Positions 53,081-63,000 of a stretch of DNA of 64,000 bases are shown piece after piece. The stretch spans positions 496,001-560,000 of the forward strand of contig CP060764.1 of NCBI GenBank assembly GCA_023205875.1, read 5' to 3'. Below the pieces are notes generated by a model. That model ran no database searches and was not told the origin of the DNA. It saw nothing but the letters and a program-made list of their open reading frames with translations. The stretch's first letter is position 1, and each line of letters starts with the position of its first letter. Made by a program: the position numbers and the translations under genes. This DNA is from Chloropicon primus (taxonomy: Eukaryota).

Positions 53081-53881
53081 CTATGGCACCGGCTCGGTCG
53101 GCTCTGAATGTGTCCTCCTCGTGAGTTCTTGCTCGCTCGCGACGAGCACGGGGCTTTCCGCGACTTGGACAGGCAGGTCGCGCCCGGCAGCAGCCCTTGC
53201 GACCTTCCGGGAATCCGACTCGTATTTGTCCACGACGCCGTCCAGCAAGAAGACGAGGACTAGCCAGCCGACAGTCCACCCAGCCCACTTCTCGACCCCC
53301 TCCTCGTCCAGGTACCCAATCGACTTCATGAGTGCGACCCCGGTGAAGCAGTTGATCAGCCCCAGCGCGAGGACAACCTTCCCGAGCACGGAGTGCAAGT
53401 ACTCGAAAGACCGCCGCAAGCACAGCCGAAGGACAGGCCCCTGCCGCAGCTTCGAGAGCAGACCCTTCCCTCCCCCCAGCATTGCCATTTCCTCTTGGGA
53501 CACCGGCTTCGGTCGCACCACGCCCAACAGTCCCTGGAAATAGCACAAACCCATCACCCATATCCCAAGCGTCCCGTGCTTGTACTGCACGTACTCGTAA
53601 GGTATCTCGAACTTGGTCATCGAGTAAACGAAGCTTCCGGTGCCGAGCCCCAACCCGACCACCTGAAGCACGACGTGGGACCAGAAAAGTATCTTCGACC
53701 TCTTCCTCCACCAACCACCACCATCAACAACAACAACATCATCCTGCCCCTCCTCGCCTTTCGCCTTGCGTTCTTCCTTTACGAGTCTGTTCCCCGCGTA
53801 CGCGCCAAGGTAGTGGCAGAACACGAACGCCACCGTCATGAGCACGCCATGGACGAGCCTCACGTAGTAATACTCGATCAT
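53081..53881 (-). CDS. Cytochrome b561-domain membrane protein
   Basis: Four His heme ligands in successive TMs: VHGVLM, SHVVLQ, KHGTLG, LHSVLG; TGTAA on the minus strand at 53051-53055. Confidence 0.85.
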   Translation of the reverse strand: MIEYYYVRLVHGVLMTVAFVFCHYLGAYAGNRLVKEERKAKGEEGQDDVVVVDGGGWWRKRSKILFWSHVVLQVVGLGLGTGSFVYSMTKFEIPYEYVQYKHGTLGIWVMGLCYFQGLLGVVRPKPVSQEEMAMLGGGKGLLSKLRQGPVLRLCLRRSFEYLHSVLGKVVLALGLINCFTGVALMKSIGYLDEEGVEKWAGWTVGWLVLVFLLDGVVDKYESDSRKVARAAAGRDLPVQVAESPVLVASEQELTRRTHSEPTEPVP

Positions 53882-54518
53882 ACCGGCCGCCCCAACCTCT
53901 TTGGCTCCAGACCAATCCAACCTCGCTCAATTAAAAAAAAAACTCTCTCTCTCTCGCTAGCTTCCACCGAAACGTTGGACCGAGATGGACGACAGCTCTC
54001 GAGGGGCGACGGTTCCCCTGGGTAACCTTATCCTCCGCCTCCGCCAAGCCACGCTCTCCCCTGTGCCTCTGCACTGCAGACACTCCCTTCCCTCCCTCGG
54101 CCGATGGATTCTCCACCTCAAATAACCGACGCCCTCGTCGCCCTCGTCGGTCGAGGAGGACACGAGAGAGAGAGAGAGAGAGAGAGAGGTGAGCCTTGGG
54201 AGCCGAAGGGACGGAAGCGGAGGGGAAGGGGGCCGAATCGAGCGACGGAACACAAACCGTCATCTCCCGAGCTTTCGAAAGACCCGTCGCTCGAAAGCTT
54301 CGGCACCGGGAAAGGCATTGACACGACGTTTGCTTCTTTGTGTCTCATCCCTCAGACGGGAGAAGGACGAGAGCGTTGAGTTCTTTCCCTCGTGCGTTGC
54401 GTTTGGAAGCTCGGGTTCGTTTCGAGGGCTGCGAGGTGGTGGGTAATCGCCTCGCTCGAACGCCTTGGCGGTGGTGGGTTGCAGCGGCAAGGAAGGAACG
54501 ACGCAAGGGCGAGAGGTG

Positions 54519-55015
54519 ATGGTGGGGAACGAGGTGGTGCGCCTCGAGGACTACCTGGCGGTGACGGATGAAGACGCCGACCGGAGGTTCAAGGGGAAGA
54601 GCGTCGAGGTCAAGGCGACGGGTGGATCACCACCGGCAAAGAAGAAGAGGAAGAAGTTCACGATGAAGAAGGTTTTGGACAGCTCCTCCTTTGACAAAAT
54701 GGCGCCAGGAAAAGCAAACTGTGAGTAAACGACGACCCGGGGAAGAGTGGCCCCTCAAACTGCTTGTTAGCCTGTTTTTTTGACACGATTTTCTTCCTGA
54801 TGGATGCTTTCGCAGGGGGAAACATTGAGGTGGGGCCATCCATCGCGCCCAAGAAGAAGTACAGCGACATCAGCGGCCTGGAGGCAACTTACACGGACCC
54901 CAAGACGAAGCTCAGGTACGCCACCGTGGAAGAGTACAAGCAGCTGAAGAACATGTCACACGAGGTGGTCCAAGCCACCCTGTCACTTCGAGGGGCAAAC
55001 GTTGTCATAAGGTGA
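54519..55015 (+). CDS. INO80 complex subunit C (Ies6, YL1_C domain); exons 54519-54720 and 54816-55015
   Basis: NIEVGPSIAPKKKYSDISGLEATYTDPKTKLRY..LSLRGANVVIR; intron 54721-54815 restores the frame. Confidence 0.9.
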
Positions 55016-55123
55016 CCGGACTGATCGCGCGACCGGCCGGCCGCCCGACCTTTTGTAATTGTTTCATTTATATATATATATACCTGTAAATTGTTTTGCA
55101 AAGTCCAACTAGCCAGTTGTTTT

Positions 55124-55157
<34 letters not shown>

Positions 55158-55167
55158 GCCCGCCCCC

Positions 55168-56661
55168 CTACTGCTCCTCTTCCTCCTCCATCTGCATCAG
55201 GTACTCCCGGTTGTCGTACCTCCAGAAGCCGTTGTAGTCCGAGAGCACGTCCACGAGGGTCTCCTGCACGCTGCTGTCAAGAATGTCTTTCATGGTGATC
55301 ATACCCGGAGTTTCCTGGTTGACCATGTCGAAGATCTCGTCCCTCACGTCCTCCATCCTAATGTCGTTGTACTGGTTGTTCTCCAGATACTTTTCGAACA
55401 CTTCCCTGAAGAAGGAGTGGATTTGGACGTGGGTCAGGTAGCCCTGGCTCTCGAGGTCGAGGACCGTGAAGAAATACTTGAGGGAGATGGGGTCCGACTT
55501 GTCCTTCCACGCGACCATGAAAGTGAGGTAGTCGTTGTAGGACATGCAGCCCCTCTTGCTCTTTCTGGAGGTCTCCATCCGCTTTCTCATCATCAGGACG
55601 GACGACCTCCTCTTCAGGGAAAGCTTGGGAGGCGTCTGATTGCCGTCAACGGCGTTGGGATCGAAAGACGTGACGTGCTCGCCGAAAATCCTCTCCACGA
55701 ATATATCTGTCATCCCAGGCTCAAGCTTCCTGAACTCCTCCTTCGTGATGAAGCCGTCGTTGTCCTGGTCGAGGTTCAGGAACGCCCTGTGCACCTGCTG
55801 CGCCGACTGCAGGGAGAACCAGTTCGACTCGATCTTCTTCATCAGCGGACCTTGGTAAAAGATGTTCATGCTCAGCGTCGGAAGCTCGGTCAGCTGCCTG
55901 AAGGGCCTGCTCCTCAAGATTGACTTGATGCTGAAGCGGTCCGTCGGCCTCACGCGCCTGGACCTGGACAAGTGCACCACGAACTTGTGCAGGGCGATCC
56001 TTTTCCAAGCCGTGCGGAAGCCGCTTTGGGCCAGGGGGACGTCCTGTATCATGTTCTTCTCCACGATCTCGTCGAAGACGGACTCAAGACCCTCCATCGT
56101 GATCATCCCGCTCCCATCCCTGTCGTGGCTCAGAAGCAAAAGCTTGATCTTGAGCCTGAGGTTGCGCTGGCAGATGGCGGTGAAGTAGCACACGGAGCTT
56201 ATCCCGCCGACGGGGTTCCTCCGGAAGGACAAGAACTTGGAGGGCGTGAAGTGAAAGGACAACATCGGGCCAAGCATCTCGAACAGGGTCTCTGCCATGT
56301 TGCACACGCCGGCGTACGTTACGAACTTGTCCTTCGTGTCCGGGTGCTCCTCGCTGTTCTGCACGAGCATGCCCCAAACCCCCTCCAGGTTCCAACCCGA
56401 AAGGATGCGCTCGTTCGACGATTTCACGTACTCGTGTATTGTTGCCAGCTTCACGTGCTTGTCGAAGGTGTCCTCAGTGACTCTGGGCTTGAAGAACGGC
56501 GGTATCTGACCCAGCTTGTCCAACTTTCCCTCCCTCCTTGGAGGTGCCTCGGTCGCCCCCTCGCCGGAGGCTCCGCCCGCTTTCGCGCGAGCTGCGGCCT
56601 TGGCCTTGGCCTCCGCATTGTATTCCTCGAGGGCCAAGGCCCAAGACGGCTTCTCCCCCAT
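55168..56661 (-). CDS. PP2A regulatory subunit B'' (TON2/FASS, PPP2R3C-like), EF-hand
   Basis: IPPFF, SNWFSLQSAQQV..FLNLDQDNDGFIT, FVERIF, LKYFFTVLD, DVRDEIFDMV, GFWRYDNRE. Confidence 0.92.
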   Translation of the reverse strand: MGEKPSWALALEEYNAEAKAKAAARAKAGGASGEGATEAPPRREGKLDKLGQIPPFFKPRVTEDTFDKHVKLATIHEYVKSSNERILSGWNLEGVWGMLVQNSEEHPDTKDKFVTYAGVCNMAETLFEMLGPMLSFHFTPSKFLSFRRNPVGGISSVCYFTAICQRNLRLKIKLLLLSHDRDGSGMITMEGLESVFDEIVEKNMIQDVPLAQSGFRTAWKRIALHKFVVHLSRSRRVRPTDRFSIKSILRSRPFRQLTELPTLSMNIFYQGPLMKKIESNWFSLQSAQQVHRAFLNLDQDNDGFITKEEFRKLEPGMTDIFVERIFGEHVTSFDPNAVDGNQTPPKLSLKRRSSVLMMRKRMETSRKSKRGCMSYNDYLTFMVAWKDKSDPISLKYFFTVLDLESQGYLTHVQIHSFFREVFEKYLENNQYNDIRMEDVRDEIFDMVNQETPGMITMKDILDSSVQETLVDVLSDYNGFWRYDNREYLMQMEEEEEQ

Positions 56662-57182
56662 CGTGCCCCCGACTGCCTCCAAAGAGCACCGTCTTCTGCT
56701 CCCTTGCCTTGCCTTCTCACCACCTTGCTTGTGTCACACAACCACCTTTTCGTTCCGAGAAACGAGAACAATATCGGTTCTAGGTATCCAAAGAAAGAGA
56801 TCCAGGGGTAGAGTGAGAAGACTCAATCGGTTCCTCCCTCTCCTCTCTCGGTAGCCTTACCAAAGCGTCCACTTCAAGCTCCTCACCAAGCTCCTCCAAG
56901 CTTCCTCTCGGGAACTGGCATCACTTTTTTTTCAAACTGTCCATGGGATCACGTGACCCAGGTGGTGATCGAGGCGACCAGACACATAGCGGAAAACGAC
57001 GCGGACGCGCGAGGCGGGGCGAGGAGAGACGTTTGCAGAACGATAGATCGTCTCACGATCTTTCGATTGAACGTTCCCTTGGCTCGTTTGACGCCCGATT
57101 GGGTCGGCGACGCACGGATCAGGACAAATTGACCTGGTCACCTGACCTGAGCACGACCCTGTGACGAAGCTGGTGAGAGGGG

Positions 57183-57618
57183 ATGGGTGGTGAGAGAACG
57201 CGGGCCAAGGTTGCCGTCGTTGGTGGAGGCCTCGCCGGGATGATCCACGTTCGATTTCGCGGAGAGGTTGCTGCGGCAGCACCCCCCGCAGATCAACTTC
57301 AAGTTCGTCGAGCAGACCGAAGATTACTTGGACCCCATCCAAGAGGCGCTCTTCTCCGCGTTCTAAGCGCTGGTGGTCAAGTTCGCGACCCCAGAAGCTT
57401 GCCTCGACCGAGCGTCCTATGTGAAGGCCCAGAGGTGGGGGGGCGCCTTCTATTCGAACGCCGACGCGGGGGACATGATGTGCTTCGTAGACCGAGCCAG
57501 GAAGCTGGCGCTGTGCGGGGACTGCTGCGCGCCGAGTTCCACGGCCGAGAACGCGATGCTCAGCGGCGTCGCGGCCGGGAAAGCGATCGCCGAAGCGCTG
57601 GGTAAAACTGCTTTGTGA
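57183..57618 (+). pseudogene. Internally deleted renalase-like FAD/NAD(P)-oxidoreductase pseudogene
   Basis: Rossmann start KVAVVGGGLAGM is joined out of frame near 57243 to the C-terminal part STFDFAE..AQRWGGAF..LALCGD..ENAMLSG; in-frame TAA at 57364-57366. Confidence 0.75.
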
Positions 57619-57717
57619 AATCGAAAAACCTTAAACGTGTTTTTGGTTTTGTTTTTACAATGAAGTCGCACACACACACACGGCAAAAGGATTGTTGAGC
57701 CTCCGCGCGCACATAGT

Positions 57718-58172
57718 TTACTTCATCTCAGCCTTAGCTCCCGCCTCCGCCAGTTGCTTCATGGCGTCCTCGCAGTCCTCCTTCGACCTTCCCTCAAAGA
57801 GAGTGTGTGGCAAGTTGGTGACGGCGTCCTTGGCCTCCTTGAGTCCCAAGCTCGTGAGCGCCCTGACGACCTTAATGCAAGCGATCTTCTTGCTCGCGTC
57901 GGCCTCGGTGATCACGAGGTCGAACTCGGTCTTCTCCTCCGCGGCGGCACCGGCGTCTCCGCCGGCTCCACCGGCTCCTGGAGCGGCAACCATCACCCCA
58001 GCGCTAGCGCTAGCGTCCACTCCGAAGGTCTCCTCAATCTGCTTCACCAAGTCCGCGGCCTCGAGGAGGGTGATCCCCTTGAGCTTCTCCACGATCTCGT
58101 CCGTCACGGCGGAGCGGCAGGCCAGGCTCCTTCGGACGGTCGCCACGCGGGGCGCACGCACCGCGGCAACCT

Positions 58173-58213
<41 letters not shown>

Positions 58214-58498
58214 TTGATGGGATTCCAACAAGCAAGGGAGAAGCCAGAAGAAGACAAACAACCGAAGAGCGCGTGTGAGTGTGAGTGTGCGTGTGGGTGT
58301 GAGAGTGCGGGCGCGCGCGCGTCAGATGATCTGATTTGGCCCGCTCGAGCAGCTTGGAGAGAGGGGGAGGGTCACGGGACCACCAGCACCAGCAGCAACA
58401 AGATGGCGGGTTGGGGCGCCGAGGTCCCCTCTCCTCGTCCGTGAACTTACCTGTGCGGTCCTGACGTTGGTGGTTGGTCTAAGCCTCAAGCTCTTCAT
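57718..58498 (-). CDS. RPL12: Plastid 50S ribosomal protein L12 (bL12c); exons 58498-58451 and 58170-57718
   Basis: Transit peptide; ITLLEAADLVKQIEETFGV, EEKTEFDLV, KVVRALTSLGLKEAK; intron 58171-58450. Confidence 0.95.
58172..58213. repeat. (GAC)n microsatellite abutting the intron acceptor
   Basis: Read directly. Confidence 0.95.
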
Positions 58499-58776
58499 GG
58501 TGGGTTGTCCTTCGCTTCGGGGTCGTGTCTTTGTGGTCTTCACACGCACGGGAATCGTCAGGTCGTGCCGCTCTCTGCCTTGTCTCTGCCGCTTTCTCTC
58601 GCTCTGCGTCGCAGCGCTTCTCGCTTTCGACTTTTGGAAAACTTCGGGTCGCGGTTCCACCAAACGCAAATATCGCACTAAATCGACCCAGCTTTTCTTC
58701 CTTCCTTCCCAAGACCACGTTACCACGTACTTCCTTGAGCCTGGGGTTCCGATTATTCTTGAATTCTGGTGTGTAG

Positions 58777-58818
58777 AGGATTCGAGTTTTGGAAATGTTG
58801 ATTTTGTTCACATTTGAA
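58777..58818. promoter_or_regulatory. Second copy of the shared element, in the plastid L12/L35 bidirectional promoter
   Basis: 19-nt and 13-nt blocks are identical to 34327-34345 and 34357-34369. Confidence 0.6.
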
Positions 58819-59212
58819 CCAAATCTCGTGGTTCTTATCGCGACGCCGCAATCCGCTCTTGAATCTCCCCTCAAGACCGGTTTAGCACTCTCCCCAAATG
58901 GATAATGTTCCCACTCCTTCGGAGCCTCAAATTTTATCCGATAACTCGAGAGAGAGAGAGAGAGCCGCGCGAGGCGAAGCACGAGAACGAGATTGTCAAG
59001 AACATTGCATTGTTCTGTCCTCTCCCACGACGACGACGAGAGAGGGGCTAGGCCAAGGTGAGTGCGCCACGAACACGAGGAGGGCGTCCTGCTGTCGCGA
59101 AACCACCCCTCCGCTCTCGCTCTCCACCGTCGTCAAGGCGAGGGGAGGTGGACCCAACCCACCACGCAACCCGGCGCGGGACTGAACTGACAAACGACGA
59201 CGGCACCACTCC

Positions 59213-59215
59213 TCT

Positions 59216-59250
<35 letters not shown>

Positions 59251-59263
59251 TTCCTCTTCTTCT
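59213..59263. repeat. (CTT)n microsatellite in the 5' region of L35
   Basis: Read directly. Confidence 0.9.
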
Positions 59264-59405
59264 CCGCGCTTGTTTTTGTCGTCGTTGCTGCTGCTGCTTG
59301 CGAAAACGGCCCAACCCAACAACCTAAAGTAGTAGCGATCATTCATCGATACGACTCGTATCGAACCAAGGCAGAAACATCAACCGTCATTCATCATCAA
59401 TATTC

Positions 59406-59840
59406 ATGGCGTCGAGTAGTGCGGTGACGAGGGCGATGAGAGGGCTTGCGGTGGGCGGGCCGCGCAGGGTCGCCAGGGCGCCCAGGAACGCCAGGGCTGC
59501 CCGCGCCCCCCGTGGAAGCCTCGCTCCCTCGGCCTTGGGCTCCAAGGCCGCCGTGTCGAGCGTGGCCAGCCTCGGGGTGGTGGACTCCCCCGCGCGCGTG
59601 GAGGCCCCCACGAGGGAGGTGACGACGAGCAAGTACAAGCTGAAGACGAGGAAGGCGGCCGCGAAGCGGTTCAAGGTGACAGGAAACGGCAAGGTGCTGC
59701 GAAGGAAGCAGGGAAAGCAGCACTTGAACACCAAGAAGAACGCCAAGAGGAAGCGTTTCCTCAGCGCTCCGGCCGTGGTCGAGAAGAGCGACATCCCCAA
59801 CATCAAGGGGAGCATGCCGCTTCACAAGATCAAGGGCTGA
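59406..59840 (+). CDS. RPL35: Plastid 50S ribosomal protein L35 (bL35c)
   Basis: Transit peptide followed by YKLKTRKAAAKRFKVTGNGKVLRRKQGKQHLNTKKNAKRKRFLS; TGTAA at 59880. Confidence 0.95.
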   Translation: MASSSAVTRAMRGLAVGGPRRVARAPRNARAARAPRGSLAPSALGSKAAVSSVASLGVVDSPARVEAPTREVTTSKYKLKTRKAAAKRFKVTGNGKVLRRKQGKQHLNTKKNAKRKRFLSAPAVVEKSDIPNIKGSMPLHKIKG

Positions 59841-60029
59841 GCCTCACGAACTCTATAAAAGAGTGGGGGCGACGGGCATTGTAACACTATTCTTTCACAC
59901 AATTCCAAAACAAGAAAAGAACACGAGAGAGAGAGAGAGAGAGAGACGCGTGCTTATCTCGTGTGTGTTGTTTTATTACGATACGATACGATACGATACG
60001 AAACAGACCTCTCTCCGCGGTCGTTTGAT

Positions 60030-63000
60030 TTACAGCTGCCTCTGCGCGTTGAAGGCGTTGAAGGGGGGGCTGAGGTACGCGTTGCTCAAGGGGGGCGTCG
60101 CGGTCGCGGTCGCGGTCGTGGTCTCCCCGCCGGCGGCGCCACTGTTGGCTTGGTTCCCATTCCTGATCATCTGGTTGATGTCCATGATCAGGGCGTTCCC
60201 GTTCAGCGCGCTGAGCCCCGCGAGGGCCCCTCCTCCGGTTTGCCCCGCGAGCTGGCGCAAATTGGATTGGTAGCTCATCATCTGCTGCACCGGGTTCATC
60301 AGGGGCTGCCCCGCTCCCCCGTAGGGGGGGAGCGAGAACATCGGCAGGGAGAAGGGCACCGTGGAGACGTTCAGTGGCCGGAAAGCCATGGTGGGCGTCT
60401 GCGGAAGCAAGCTTCCAATCGGGTGACCGCCACCGCCACCGCCACCGCCGCCCGTGGCGGAGGCGGGGGGGAGGCGAACGCTCTCCGAGACGATGACGCA
60501 ATCATTGTCGTCGTCACCGCCGTCGTCGTCGTCCTTCGAGGCAGCGCCAGCAATATTCGTGTTCCCTCCCGCGGTCTTCTCGTGCACGATGACAGGCTCG
60601 TCGTCCTCCTCCTCGGCCCGACCCAGCGCCGCCCTCGCCTTCCTCAGCCCCTTGTCCCTGGAATAGCTCGCCCTCAGCTTCTTCGCGTGCCTCCTGACCC
60701 TGCACATGATCCAGTTGGGCCTCATCCTGGGGTCGGGAACTAACTTCGACATGAGCTCGACGTACATGAGGGTCTCGTCCTCCGCGATGCTCTTCCACGA
60801 CCCATACCCGTGCTTCAGCACCCCCTCCAGCACGGAAACGTCGTGCTCTGGCGTCCAGCCAGCCTCCGCCAGTCCCGCGTTTGGACGGAAGGGCACCAAA
60901 TCAAAGACGTGCGTCCTCTTCACATCCCCCCCTTCCCTCGCATTGTTCTTGCTCTCCTCCACCTTGAGCTTGATCAGGTGCAGGTCAGCTATCCTCGTGG
61001 CGATGGCCTCCCTGTTGCCGTCCACGTGTATGGATTCCTTGACGAAAGTTGTATGAGCTTCCGAGTACTCGAATTCGTCCTCGTTCATCATCAAGTATTT
61101 CATGAAGAAGACTTTGTACGCCTCGACCTCATCCGCGGACTTGGCGGGCAGGGCGTACAAGAAATTCCTGTACTCGTCCTGCTCGTCAAAGCCAAACCTC
61201 ATCAGAGTACTGTAATACCGCTTGCGCTCACTCTTACTGAAGGTCTTCAAGTTCTGAAAATCTTCGATCGCTCCGTCACTGAGAGGGCGGTGGGGAAGAA
61301 CCCCCGCATCCTTCTTGACTGCACCCTTGGCCTTGGATTCACCGCTCTCCTCCTCCTCCTCCGTAGAAGACTCCTCAGAAGATGACGGGTCGTACTCTTG
61401 ATCGTACATTCCTTTAGGCTGGTCCTCACTCGTGGACCCTCCCCCTCTGCCCCTTTTGGGGGAGGGAGCCTCGTTCATCCAGTCCACGACCGCCTGGTCA
61501 AGCCTTCTCTTCTCCCTCTTGCCCTTTCCAAGCTCCTCTTCTGTGGCCGCTTCCTTCGGCATGTCTTGAAAGACGTCCTCCCAGAAATTGCCTTCTTGGA
61601 TCTCGAAATTGGCCACCTTGAAGGCTTGCAGGTGCTGACTCTCCTTGACTTTCTGCTCATCGTCGTCGTCGCCCTGTTCCCAGGCGAGTCTCCTGTCGAG
61701 AAGCTTGTCCAGAGCCGCGTCATCGTAGTAGACCCCCTTCCCCTTGTTGCCTCCCTCCCTGCCAGCATCGATCTCCCTCTGCGCAGTGGTGCTCTTTCCT
61801 TGGCCTTTGAAGCCGTCCTTGCCCGCCGCCTCCGGAGAGGAGCAGTCTTCCTCCTTCTGGAAAAGTTCCGAGACGCCATACTTGAGCACATCGTCGATTT
61901 CCTCCTGCTTCATCGTTTGCTCCTTGCCCCCCTTGCTCACCACCAGGTGTTCCAGAACCATCTTTCTCTTCGCCACTTCAACCATCCTCTCCTCAACCGT
62001 CGCGCGAGTGACCAGTCTATAGATCATGACCTCCTTGGATTGCCCTAGCCTGTGAGCTCGGGCCTGAGCTTGAATGTCATTGTGGGGGTTCCAATCCGAG
62101 TCGAAGATGATGACCGTGTCAGCAGTTGCGAGATTGATGCCCAGGCCACCGGCTTTCGTGGACAGGAGGAACACCGAATACTTTCCATCCTTGTCAGAGT
62201 TGAAAGTGTCCACAGCTTTTTGCCTTTCCTTTCCTTTTACGCTGCCGTCCAAAAGCAGGGGCTCAATGCCCTTTATTTCCAACCACTCCTGCACCATGTC
62301 AAGGACCAGCACAAACTGGGAGTAGATCAACACCCGGTGGCCACCCTTGAAGAGCTTCTCTAGCATCCTCTCCAGCAGCTCGAGTTTCCCCGACCTCTTG
62401 GTGAAAGTCTCTATCCTCCTCTTCGACAGGGTGTTGAAGTTCTTCGTGATCAGAGACGGGTGCTGACAGCATTTTCGAAGGTCCATCAAAAGGTTCTTCA
62501 GGCCGCTGACTTTGGTCTTACTCTTGCTTGACAGCAGCTGAAAGTTCTCCATCAAGAGGGCCTTGTACACATCCTTCTGCTCGTGGCTCATTTCAACCAG
62601 AACGATCTGCTCCTTTTTCGGAGGAAGCTGCTTGAGGACGTCGCGTTTCATCCGCCGCAGGAGGTGAGGTTTCAGCAGCTTGTGGAGCTCCTCAATCTGA
62701 TCCTCGGTGCTGATGTCCGAAAAATCCTCCAGGAACTCGTCCACCTGGTTGTAGCTGAACTTCTTCGGATCAATGAAGTGCATCAGCATGAACAGCTCCT
62801 CAAGGTTGTTCTGCAGAGGCGTGCCGGTTAAAATCACCCTCTGCTCGCAACTGAACCTTGTCAGCGCCCCGAAGAGCTTTGAAGCCCTATTTTTCAGGCG
62901 GTGCCCCTCATCTATGATCATGCTCCCGTATTCCAGCTTGCCTAGCTCGCTCCCGCCCTGAAGGACCATCTCGTACGTCGTCAAGATGAGATGAACCTTC

